A stretch of 64,000 bases of DNA from Chrysomallon squamiferum (lineage: Eukaryota; Animalia; Mollusca), in NCBI GenBank assembly GCA_012295275.1, contig CM022673.1, positions 13,020,001 through 13,084,000 of the forward strand, read 5' to 3'. This document shows positions 25,720 to 38,757 of the stretch, one piece after another. Every line of letters begins with the position of its first letter. Positions within the stretch are counted from its first letter, which is position 1. The notes below the pieces were generated by a model, which saw only the letters and a list, made by a program, of their open reading frames with translations, did no database searches and was not told where the DNA came from. Made by a program: the position numbers and the translations under genes.

Positions 25720-26075
25720 AGATATGGTATCAACTGTTTTGAACCCTATATTATCAACATAGCATTAAGTGTTTTGAAATTATATCATCAATGCAGTATC
25801 ATGTTGAACCCACGTTATAAACAGGATATGAGTACTTTTGTAATTACATCATCAACATGATATAAAATTTTATACCTCTATTATCAACTTGGTATCAAAT
25901 TAAATTTAAGCCATGAAGTGTTTTGAAATGATATCATCAACATGGTATGAAAATGTTACATCTACATCATCAAAAAAGTGATATGAAGTTGAACCTATAT
26001 TATCAAAGTGGTATGAAGTGTTTTGAAATTATATCATCAACACAGCATGAAAACATCTGAACCTACACTATCAAC
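25720..26075. repeat. Old degenerate tandem array (GTGTTTTGAAATTATATCATCAA / GAACCTATATTATCAA variants)
   Basis: Periodic ATCATCAA/ATTATCAA motifs roughly every 35 nt. Confidence 0.7.
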
Positions 26076-26324
26076 AGGAAAACACATTCTGAAGGATCCT
26101 GTCTGACTCTGCCTTCACTTGATGCCAGCCTCACACAAAGGCGACTGCTATTTCACAAAACACACACTAATGGATTTCACACATTTCTCATTTACCCTGT
26201 AATGACAAAATTAACAGGATCGTAGATGTGTTTAGCTGTTTGTGTATTAACCACCTAACACCAGGCTGGGCTTGGTCCCCAGGTACCAACAGGCGTGTGA
26301 TACACCAATTATAAAACCATTTCC

Positions 26325-26363
<39 letters not shown>

Positions 26364-27786
26364 GCCTTTGGTATATACATTCACAGACTTAATAACCTTC
26401 CTGTAGCCTGAGTGATACTTCTGGTAACCATCGGCAACTGTCATTGTTACAGATGATTGACATCTTGGTATAGGATACCTGTTTCTAGTTTTTGGTTTCA
26501 ACAACAAATTTTTTTTTCTTCTTTATTCGCTATTTTTTAGTTTCTGTATTTTTTTGTAAAATTTTTTTTCTTGTTTTTAATTTTTCTTTGTATTTTTTTT
26601 TTTTCTTAAATTTTTAATGCTTTTTTTCTTTTTTTACGATTCTTGGAAATAGAATACTGTTTCCATGATATTAGCAGTATTATAATATTATGCTATGTGA
26701 GAAGAAACTAGAAATAAGCTATTTGGCTGTATCTCAGTGAATATTAGACTAATCTTAGAAGCTAGTTTTCGACCTGTTTGAAAATATAATGTTAATTAAT
26801 ATACCTTTCTAAAAATAAGTAAAAATAAAAAAAATTTAAATAAAGTTAAAATATTTACCTAGATACGAATTTGAAAAGGTAATGTTAAAGCAATATCTCT
26901 GAAAAACATTCTAAAATTTACCAAGTTACTTAAAACATGGAAATTAATCAGAGCTGTTAATCAGAAAGCATGATTTTGATCAGCATAAATACTTGGCCAT
27001 TATCAGTAAAACGAATGTTAACTGTAGCAATTATTTGACCAAATCAGAAAACATGATTTTAATCAGAAAAGTCATTGAGCCAATATCAGAAAACATCTCA
27101 TTAATAATGAACAAGTTGCTTGGGCTTCATCACAAAACCTGTTGTTAATTATGACCATCAATTCGGAGAACATGATGCTTCTAGTCCGAAATAAATCAGA
27201 AAAAAAAAAAAACCCTGTTGTTAATTATGACTGTTATCTCTGAGAACTTGTTGTTTCTTGTCCCCCATCTTGTTAACTCTGCAAGACGGTGCTGCATGTT
27301 GAATGATGTTAATCAGTACAAGTTAGCTGAGTGAATGAGCAAGATTAGCCATGTTTGATTCCATCTGACCAGTCTCCAGTTTGAGCTTGTTACTTCAGCC
27401 ACTTCATCAAACTGACCACTCTTTACAGAGTCATCTCTGGCGATGACCTCACGCGACCTCTCAGTCCCCACAGCAAGCACACTTCTAGACACAATCTCAT
27501 TCACGGCAAAATTGGATCATCTGCTTCAAGTTGCAACCAAGCAGTACAAGACTCTGTTTCTGAGGAGGAATAAACTGATAATATTCAGCTGCTGCAGAAG
27601 ATGAATATATCTCTGTGTGTGTGTGTGTGTGTTTGATAAAGCCCAGCAAATCAATGAAATATGATTGTGGCTGGTTTTCAGGTAGAATTCGATTTCTTTT
27701 TTTTCCTTTTTTTTAAATGCCTTTTATGTCTCTTTGCTTGGTGTGTCACAAAGTACTTTGATCCTCAAAGCAGAACGTGGCATCCT

Positions 27787-28110
27787 GCATGTTCATTATT
27801 TTATCTGCTGGTTTGTTTGAAAACTACTTTCTGTGAGTTTAGTATCAGTTTGATTTCATTATTTTATCTGCTGGTTTGTTTGAAATCTACTTTATGTGAG
27901 TTTAGTATCAGTTTGATTTCATGTTCATTATTTTATCTGCTGGTTTGTTTGAAAACTACTTTCTGTGAGTTTAGTTATCAGTTTGATTTCATGTTCATTA
28001 TTTTATCTGCTTTGGTTTGTTTGGAATCAGTTTGATTTCATGTTCATTATTTTATCTGCTGGTTTGTTTGAAATCTACTTTCTGTGAGTTTAGCATCAGT
28101 TTGATTTCAT
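27787..28110. repeat. About 69 bp tandem repeat, about 5 copies (one internally deleted)
   Basis: The unit TCATGTTCATTATTTTATCTGCTGGTTTGTTTGAAAACTACTTTCTGTGAGTTTAGTATCAGTTTGATT recurs. Confidence 0.9.
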
Positions 28111-31100
28111 GGCATTTAACTGGCAGGAGAATCACTGAATTTGTTATTGTTGCTTTTTTTTTCATCATTTATCTCATTGATTTTCACCTTTTTGTTTCAC
28201 TTTTCTTCTAATATATATATATACACACACACACAAACGCACGCATGCATGCACACACACACACACACACACGCGTGTATATATACAACAATTTTTTCTG
28301 TTTATACTGTTTTTTTGTGGGATCTAAAGACCTAAAAACTGAATTGATTTATTTTTTTACCTCACAACAACCAACAAACTAAAAAAAAACCGTCTGCAAT
28401 ATAAAATTTCCCCATTTCACACTTTTCCGTTTTTGGAGATAAATCATCTGAGAAACAAAGAAAAATATTTGAAAATAAAAATCTACACTAACAGGACTCA
28501 GCGAAGCTTGAGAAGCAATATAAAACAAAACTGGTTGTATGCAAAATACTGTCAGACTCGGAGTCTCCATTTCACAGTCAACCCTGCTGATTGTGACCGT
28601 GTCACCCACGGCAACATCCCATCCAGCACTCGCCACGACACAGTCTGTCAAGCATGAATGGAAGATCAATGGGTAATAACAATGGGGTGGTATTCTGACT
28701 GAAATTTTTACTTAACTTAATGGATGAAAAAAAAAAAAAAAAAAATTAAAAGAAAAAAAAAAAAACCTCAATGCATCCAGTGCTGATATGATAAATAACA
28801 TGAAGCTGCAGGTATCACTTGATTAATGTGCGCACGCACTCTGTGAATTACCACTGTTATTACACACCCTCTGATATCATAATGGATCTGTATGTAATAA
28901 GACTCACCTCTGGGTTTTATTACGAACATAAACCAGATTTTTTGATTTTCTGGTATATCTAAAGGTAACGGGCATACCTATAAATTTATTATAAATCTGT
29001 AAAATGTAAGTTTCGTATGCTGTCATATTTCTAGGTAAAACAGATATACCTGTAAATTTAGTACAAAAAAAAAAATAGAAATAAAACCCCCAAAAACATG
29101 TATTCACATTATGATATATTTACAGATAATAAATACAGCTGCAACTATATATATATATATATATATAATTAATAAATTATTTAAATGCATTTATATTTCA
29201 ATGGATAAATTATGTAAAATTATGAGATCTAAAATTTACAATAAAAATAAAACCATTTTTTTGTATATTAATGGATATTCTGCGTGTAATATAAAATTTA
29301 TTGCTGCATTCATTGCTGGTGAACCATGGGGGTTTGATCCCAGGACTTACTGTGCCTCACACATTTACTCAGCCCGAGTCCTCACTTTATTCCCAGTCTC
29401 AGAATGCTGAGTGCGAAAAGACTCGAGTTTTAAGTGCTTATTTCTCAGAACGCAATTAGGTAATACAGAATGGACAGGAAAACTGACCGGTGGTCAGCAG
29501 CATTGTGATGGAAGTTTTATAATCGAGCAAACAGACATTAAAGCATTTTATAACCTACTTCAATATCCTGGACACACGGTCAGTCTCCTTAAACAGGCTT
29601 TTATGTCAACAGAAACACTCAGGCTGAAAAACTGACCACACTGGACGATGGTCACTTATGGTCCACTTATGACCTTTTGTAAATATTACGGCAACCATTA
29701 TAAAATGTTGGCCTCTACAGGTGGGTGCAGGGTTTGTGGGTACACTGGTGGATGACGTTCTATTGTACGGTGCTGACTAAATGCGCTGACATAGTTGGTG
29801 TTAAGTCTTAATGCAAACATCGATGTTCATAAGGCAGACAGTGGGATTAGTGGGTGTCCGTGCTGGTCACTGACACTTGTCGACTAACACGCAATGTGGG
29901 TAAACAGTTTAGAGACAACTGCCCCGCTGGCTATTGTCACCCAACAAAGACTGGGACCAACATGTTTCCGCATCATGCAAATTTTGACCCATGTGTGCCT
30001 TCTGCCACTTAGTGAAAATAAAAACATCTTAAATTTTTTTGATTTCTAAAATAATTTATTTTCCTTTAACCTTTATTTTTTTTATAATTCATTTTCATTT
30101 TCTCCTTCTTTTTAAAAAAAAAATAAATATAAAAAATTTCATTATTGGATCACATTTTTCTTTTCTCTACACCTTTCTTTCTGTGTCTTTTTTAAAGTTG
30201 CTTTTTGATTACCTGTGTGTTTCTTTTTTCTTTTATTGTCACTAGTCCTCTTTTTCAGTCTCTTTTTCCACTTAAATTCATTTATTTCATTTCCTTGTAC
30301 TGACTTTTAGTCAATATTTCACAACAATAACATCTTAGGAGATGATCTATAATGTTGTGATAAAATCATTGTTGATTGTTATGTAACATTTCATTGTTTC
30401 ACAGTAAAATACTTTTACCACAAACTGACAGAAAAAAATTAAGTGAACCAGACCATAAAACTTTATACTACAACAACCCAAAAAAAAATTCAATTATCTT
30501 TATACATCAATTTTCTTAACCTTTTTCTTTTTAATTTACTTTCTTTTTTTAAAAAAAAAAAAAAAAAAAAATTCTAATTTTTTCAGAACACTTTTCTTAC
30601 CATTTTTTACAAAACAATTTTACAATTTTTACAAAACATTTTTTTCTAATTTTTCCTTGAAACCTCTTTCTTACTTTTTCATTTTTAAAAAACCTTTATT
30701 TTTTAAAAAACTATTTTATTTTTACCCTTTATTCCAAACTTCTCTCTTTTTTTTTTTTTTTTCAATAAAAACTAGATCTTCTGCTCTGAAAACATTTTGA
30801 CAGAAAGTGTTTTTGTTTATGCTGCAAGTGAAGGAAGATATTTAAAAAAAAAACATATATTCAGACAGCTGTTAAAAGACATATTTCAGGTTAATTTGAC
30901 AGCCACTGCAGACACAAACTGATTTTCCACGTGTAATTATTATCGAGGGCAGTATGGCACTGCAGTCAGTCAATGGAATATTTCACAGTGGAAATTTCAA
31001 AACACTAGTTTAAGACAGGAGATAATGAGGTTACCTTAGAAAGTGTTTATCTCTGTGTAGTGTTGTCAAGGTAACTAGGCCATTGGCTGACTGGCTGTGT

Positions 31101-32423
31101 AGTGTGGGGCAAGAAAAGTGGTTTTGGGTTTTGCAGGTAGTCTGTATATTGAGCTGGTCGTGATTTTATTACCAATAGATGGATGAGTTTGTATGTGTGT
31201 GTGTGTGTGTGCATATATATGTAGATATGTGTGTATGTATATGTGTGTATGTATGTTTGTGTGTATGTATGTATGCATGTATGCAGGTATGTATGTATGG
31301 AGCTATATGTGTAAGTATATACTAATGTAGATTAGTGTGCATGTATTTAAGATATGCTTCTATAAGGTTTTCTAATCTATTTTTTAACGAATCCATTAAA
31401 ACATTCGGGCTACACAATAAGCTTAGCGAGTTGACCACGATTTCCCGATTTACAATCTTAACAAGACTGACACCACTTCACTAAACCCGCAGCAAGAACT
31501 CTTGTTCCACCTGCAGCTAGCACTCTTGTCCTTACCACACCAACTACTCCACTGTACAAAGGTTTCAACACAAAACAGATTTTCTTTCACATTCTGTTTT
31601 TTTACTATTGATCTGATCGCACTCAGAGTGTTTGCTTACTGTGACAAACATAACATCTGGATGAATCAGTCATAGAGACCGGTGTTTACTTTTTTGGTTA
31701 ATAAATACAAATTATTTTCATATTCCCTCATTGAAGCATCTGACCCTAACAAGTCAGATTCTCGCCCAGGACAAAGCACATTTTGTGTCACAATAATGTC
31801 TGTTTATTAACTCCTCATCTCGGTGAAGTCTCAACAGTTATTAAGTATCAAACTTGCTATTTTTTCTTTTTTTTTTTTTATAATGATAAAGCAGAAGAAA
31901 TCTACTGTCATTTCTGTTCTAATTAACTAGCATCAGTTATATATCTGTATCTGTATGTGTGTGTATAGGTGTCTGTTTGTTTGTTTATATTTCTGTGTGT
32001 ATAGGTGTCTGTTTGTAGTATGGTGTGTGTGTCTGTTTATATTTCTGTGTGTACGTATATCTATGTTTGTCTCAGTACATCAGCATGTCTGTATGCATGC
32101 ATGAATATCTGTTACCAAATTTAGTATTAAAAAATTATTAAAGTATTTTTTATGTATGTTTTATTTATTACATTAGACAAAACTTTTCAAAACTCTTCAT
32201 TTTTCTCTCAAAACTGTTAATAATGTCCTCAGGGTTAAACACATTAATTGTGATCCTATTCCTGTGCCCATTATTTCTTATGACCTCTTAATTGTATTGA
32301 CCTTGATCCAATGATCCTACTGACTCTAATCTTCTATTAAGTACAGTTCTGATGCTACTTATGATTTTATCCAATGTAATGCTGAAGAAGAAGATCCCTC
32401 TGATTCAAATTAAAAGTTTCCTG

Positions 32424-32724
32424 CCCAAACATTAAGTCAGTATTTCTTCTTTTGGATGAAGAATTCATTAAAAACCCCAAAATTAAATTATTCATAACAA
32501 CTTCAGTGACATCACAAAATTATTCATCGTGACCTTAATGCCATCTTTATGTTGATTTGTCTGGGTTTTTTTGGACCACCCAAACATTAAGTCAGTATTT
32601 CTTCTTTTGGATGAAGAATTCATTAAAAAACCCAAAATCTCTTGCCAATTATTCATAACACCCTCAATGACATCAGAAAATTATTCATCATGACCCTAAT
32701 GCCATCTTTATGTTGATTTGTCTG
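32424..32724. repeat. Local direct duplication of about 140-146 bp (32424-32563 and 32579-32724)
   Basis: Both copies start CCCAAACATTAAGTCAGTATTTCTTCTTTTGGATGAAGAATTCATTAAAAA and end TAATGCCATCTTTATGTTGATTTGTCTG. Confidence 0.9.
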
Positions 32725-35097
32725 TGACCCAGATAGCTTGCTAATCGCTGGAGATTAACCAACGTCTGCTGGCGAGGAAAGAGGATAATCTCTGAGGGAT
32801 TATTGAACGGTGAGAGACTTGTCTTCTTCATTTCTCAGAGACTCTGCTCAGTGGTATCAGAGGCTCAGTTCACGATGAAACTCCTCTGATTTCTCTCACC
32901 TTAGTGACAATTCTCAAAGTGATTATCTGCAGCTGGGGATTACTTAGAAAATGAATTACTGTCTGTTTACAGCATCTTAGACACATTTCTCTTTTAATGG
33001 TCTGTTGAAAGATCTTTGGGTGGTATTTTATTAGTGCATGTGCTTGTGTTTACTGTATGTGTATGTATGTATGTATGTGTTTAAGTGTTTGTATGTATGT
33101 ATAGTTATTTTTATTGTTTTATTTTTACTCTAACATATATATATGTTACTGAAGCAGACACATATGCACAGAATTATATATAATTATTTCACTAAACCAA
33201 TTTATTTAACTTTCTTTCCCAATACAAGTGTATATATTCAGAATTACTGATACAAACTCACTCCTTCAATCCTGAACAACTATGAAGCCTAAACCATTAT
33301 CTTTCAAGTTACAGACTGGTTTTTAAAACCATCATCATCTGCTGCCTGTAATAAGTCTACTTCTGGGAACCATTCAGTATGATATGTAATGATGCAGAAA
33401 GAAAAAACCATGTATCAGTTTTCGCTGACAAAAAAAATTTAATCAATTTGAGTTGAATATTTACACTTGGGTGCAGGTCTGCGACTGATAATAACCTGGC
33501 ATCAGTTTAATATAAATGGTAATCTGAAATGCATTAAGTTGTTTGAGCAAGACACTCTATGTTGAAATGGTAAGTGTAAAAATGTCTGCTGCATTCACTG
33601 TTTATGACACCAGTATCCAGCAACTTTGAAGTTAAGTAACAAAAATAGGTGTTTTTTTTTCCAAAAATAAAGAAAAATGAAAACTAGAGAAAAAAATTAA
33701 AATGTATTTGTACTATATTGTAATTGTTTTTTTATTTTGTTCACTCTTTTCTGTCAGATCTAAAGAATTTTATTTTATTACAAATGTTTTTTCTTTAATT
33801 TATTATTATTAATTTTGTAAATAATATATAGTATGCTAGATGCAGATGTTGAAAATGTATGGTTTAAAAAAAAAGAAGACAAAAACAGACATCTGCCTAA
33901 TTATTTTCATTTATTATAAAAATATGATTTTTTTTTTTTTTTTTTTTAATATGCTAATTCCTATGTGCAAAATGAATTTGAAAAAGTGACCTGGATACCA
34001 AATATATCTTTAACAAGCTTCTAACACCCAGTCTACACTAAAGTAAAAAGTTATCTACATCATCTTTAACAACTAGTCTACACATTAGTAATCTGGATAT
34101 CTACATCACCTTTAATAACTAATCTAAAAAATCCTTACTCCAACAAGAAAAAACAGCCGAGAAAGAATTTTAAAATGTTTTGAGCATGCTACTGCAGATC
34201 TGAGATATAAAAACACTTTATAAAACATTATCCTGTTAACACCTACTGGTCATAACTCAGGTTCTCTGGGATACTACACGTGACGACCAGACTGGACAGT
34301 GAACCTAACATAGCGACACAATGGAATTATTCTGGTTGACTTGAAGTTCCCAGCACACAATTAACACTGCAGAAAATTTCAAATACGTTTTTACACTGCC
34401 ACTGAATACACAAATCCCCGATGAAGCAGGTCATACAAAGAACAGGTCTAAATTAATTTAACAATAGACAGACGAAGCTGATGTAGATAACGAGATAATC
34501 AGGTATATGAATTGATGGAGAGAAAGAGAACGAGGATACAAGACAAGGAGAGAGAATGACAGATAGAACAAGAGAGAAGGAATGTGACAAGAAAACCAAA
34601 AATTCAGAGGATAAAAAAAAAAGAAAGATGGATGGATGGATGATTAACACATGCACAAAAGAATGGATGGATGAATGGATAGAAGGATGGAAGGATGGAT
34701 GGATGGATTACTGACTGAATGACTGGAATGATGGATGAATGGATGAATGTATACATCATCTGCTCGCTGATCCATCCTTCTGCACTTAAACATTGTTTTT
34801 GTCATTATTCATTAATCTGTTTGCATATGCATGAGTGGATGAGTGAAGATAAAAAGATTTAGACATGGATGGACAGATCAGTGAACACATGATGGATGAA
34901 CAGACGGCTCGGTTCACTGATGTGTGGACTAAAATACAACAGAACAGATGGCAGCCAATTATTTATTTATCTCTGTTTGAATGACTCGATATAAAAATAT
35001 CAATAATTAAACATGGAGAACTTTATTTTTAATAATAATAATTAAAAAAAGAGATAATCTAAACAGTAAAACAGTATCAGCTTAATTAGTTTAGAAC

Positions 35098-35250
35098 AAT
35101 ATAAACTGATATACCACTTAGTTTGAGCTGATATAAACTAATATATCCCTTAGAGTAATATATAAACTGATATATCACTTGGCTTAGTGTGATATAAACT
35201 CATATACCACTTAGTTTAGTGTGACATAAACTGATATATACCACTTAGTT
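35098..35250. repeat. Degenerate 31-33 bp tandem repeat (ATATAAACTGATATACCACTTAGTTT...), about 5 copies
   Basis: Recurring ATAAACTGATATA / CACTTAG motifs. Confidence 0.8.
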
Positions 35251-38200
35251 CAGTTTTAGAAATGACACCACTTACTGACCTAAATCCAGTAACATCAGCA
35301 AATGTCGTGACCCCGTGACTGCGAGTGTAAGTGGCAGTAATGGAGGATGTTACTGACGTGGACATCAGCGTTAATCCAGCATCATTACGGTGTCTGTCAG
35401 AGATAATGTCATTACAAACATCGGCCAGTGCTGGCCAACTAAGACTCTGTAAGCTTAGAAATATCTAACTGATATATGTAAATAATAATAATTTTGTGTA
35501 TATATATAGACAGAAATGGATGTATGGCAGACAGTTGGATAGATGGAAAGGTTTACTTACAGTGAGACTTATGGTTGTTTGTATTGATGTATCTATGAAT
35601 GGTACATGAAACAGAAACATCTGGAAATCAAATTAAAGAGTTAAAAACCCACAAGAAGAAGATTTTTTGAATAAAATAAGTAATTCAACATTCAGTCTGT
35701 ATCAAACTTAATTACACACAGACACCATCCTGGCAAGTTTGAAAAAGGGGGAATTAAGCACAAGGATGATAGCAGCCATTAACACAGTGCAAATCACTGA
35801 AAGTCACTTGAGAGAAAAAAAACGTATGTATGAGAGAAAATGTTCCCATGTGACAGGGATCTCGTAAATATGGGAAATAATCCTAGTCACACAAGAGGGA
35901 AATCCCTGTTTTGAAAGCCATCAAAGAAATAAACCCTGTAGATTACAGTCAGGGCTTTGACAAACCCTACAAGTAAAAGCTCTTCAACAAAAAGAAAATT
36001 CCAGCAGCAAGATGAACTCATTGGTTTTTCTGGAGGTATTAACCTGTCTTGTTATTACTGGAGGCTGGGATTGGCATTTCATGTCAAGTATTTTAACTAA
36101 GCAAAAATGTATCAACAAGTATTTTGTGTACATGTATGTTGAGGAGAGTTGAAAAAAGGGAGATTGTTCATTAATTAAAATAAATATGAGAAATATGTTA
36201 ATTGTATTGCTACACCCATTTGTTAAAGAGTTAAGAAAAAGGCAGATCATTCATTAATTAAAACAAACAGCAGTTTATAAAGTGTACTTAATGTACTCTC
36301 ATTGTCAGAGTTGAAAATAGGGACATTATTCAAGTCAAATTATTACATCAATATATGAACATAAATATTTTGTTCCTTCTTATCAGAGGGCAGATTATTC
36401 ACTGTTGAGACAGATGTTCTGAATGTCTGACTGAAAGGATTAGAATAATCCAGTTAAAGCAATTACCTGTCAAAAGATTTCTTTACATTATCTGAAAAAT
36501 GCTGTTTGGTTTTATTTACAAGGTAAGTAAAGTTAACATCCCCATAATTTTTTTGGTACGGTTATTCAGATAAAAGTAATTGGACAAAAATTAAATAATA
36601 ATAAAATAAAATAAGAAGATTCATGGCACAATTGAATCATGCAAGCTGAAGCATCCCGACTTCAGACTCGCTCACTTATCATTGTCTGAGAGTGCCTTGG
36701 CAGCAAATTCGGAATTACACGTAGTTTGTGTTGCCAAGACAACAGAGCAGTGTCTTCGGGGCATGGTAATTGGACAGATGAACAGACATACAGCACCTTG
36801 TGACAATTGGTTGCGTTGTTAACATACAGCCGGGAGAAGAACGAGATTAATTCTGTCGGCCATCTTTGTCTTATTGTGTCCTGTGATTAGATACCTTCGA
36901 GCCAGAAAGAATATTTCTCATTTGTTCTCATTTTCTTTCTTCACTGAAAGCCACTAAGAGGCTTAAAATAAAATGAAAATGTTGATGAAAATGAAAATCA
37001 ATACTTTGTATTTGACAACAACCAAATTTTTAATTTTTTTTTTATAAATATTCTGAAAAGAGATATCTAGACTGTTATTAGAAAGTAATTTCAAATTCTG
37101 TGAGTAAAAAGATTCTGAAATGAAGGATTTTTAAATTAAAATATTTTTTTCTGTTATTATTTACTTTATGTTGTTTCATTTTATTTCTGTTTTTTTATAT
37201 ATTTTATTTTATATATTTTTAATTATTTTACTTTTTATTTTTATTTCATTTTACATTGTATATATTTTTCATTATTGATTTATTTTTTCAGAATAAGATG
37301 AAATTTACTATTATTACAGAGATTAAAATAAATAAGTACAGTAGCTGAAATTATTAGAATAGGATGTTTAATATAAAAATAGATGCAATAATGGCTACTT
37401 TCATTAATAAAACAATATATTTTAAAATACATATGGATTCATTTTTAAAAATTAGATCTACCATTGATTACACTCATAATTAAAACTGGCTACAAAATAA
37501 ATTTTTAAATCGTAAAATAAATTTAAATAAATAAATTAATAAATAAAAAGTAAAACTAACAAATCAAAATAAAATGAAACAAAAAAAGAAAACAAAAACA
37601 AAAACAAAATAAAAAATAAAAACCAACACGTAAATAAATGAAAAGGACCAAGAAACCACTATGGCAGATTTCCAGGGATCACAAATTGGGTAGAAATAAT
37701 CTAAGGTGTTGAGTCTGTCTTTATTCAAAACTCTCCAAACTCTTGTCCTTTTTTTTTCCCAATCTAAATCTGAATCTCTCCTATCCGAGTAATCGAGTGC
37801 TTTCATGTCATTGTTCTGCATTTCAACATGGCTGAAACACGATTCTTTTCACCAGTCATCACGTGAAGCAATTTCCACTTCGTCAAATCTCAGATCACCG
37901 ACCAAGTCAAAGCAAGAAAAACAAAACATGAACCACGGTGCAAACGATAAATCAGAAACTCGAATCATGTGACTTTTCACCTTGAAATTAGGAATCACGG
38001 AAGAACAGCACTAAGGTGACAAAATTGAGTGTGAATCTTAGAATGCCTGATAATAAACAAAACCTTGAATTGAGGGAATTTTCAAAAAAATTTAAAAAAA
38101 TGTTATCACTAACAGCCATCGACAACATTCATTCAGTGTTATTCAAAACGGGTGAATTACCCAGCTAATCAGGAGAGGTGGGTAGAGTTACAGTCAGGGA

Positions 38201-38724
38201 CTGGTAAGTTTTTCACCTCCCTGTGTCAGAGGACATAAACTTTACATAAATGACTCACTGAACAAAAAAAATTTAAAATAAGATAAAATCTAATTTTTTT
38301 TTTTAACACAACATAAAAAAAAAAAAAGATTACAAAAAAAAAAAAAATAGGAAAGATCATCCATTGTAATTAAAAAGAAAGGAACTGAAATAAAAATAAA
38401 ATAAAGATCCTAAGATACAATGAAGAAAAAGATAACAAAAAAAAAAGAGAGAAGATAACCACGCTGAAAAAATAAAATATGAAAGATATTCCATTACCTA
38501 GGAAGAAGAAGAAGAAGAAGAAGGAAGAGTATAAATGAAATATAAATGGAAAAAGATTTCATGGTGTTAAATAAAATTTAAAAAAAAAACTAAAAAATGT
38601 AGAAAGATGTCAATATAAAATTTCAGGATGTAATTTGTATTATGTTCCATTTTACTGGGGTTTTTTAATGTTCAAGGAATGTCATGTTTAAAGGTCACTG
38701 GAATTAAAATACATTTTACTGAGC

Positions 38725-38757
<33 letters not shown>

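Noticed and set aside
38492-38530. Other AG|GT fusions on the minus strand (cctag|gtaatg at 38498; also near 36467, 21227 and 14508)
   Set aside because: The donor halves are non-consensus or the pyrimidine tract is just a (CTT)n microsatellite. Expected by chance at this composition.
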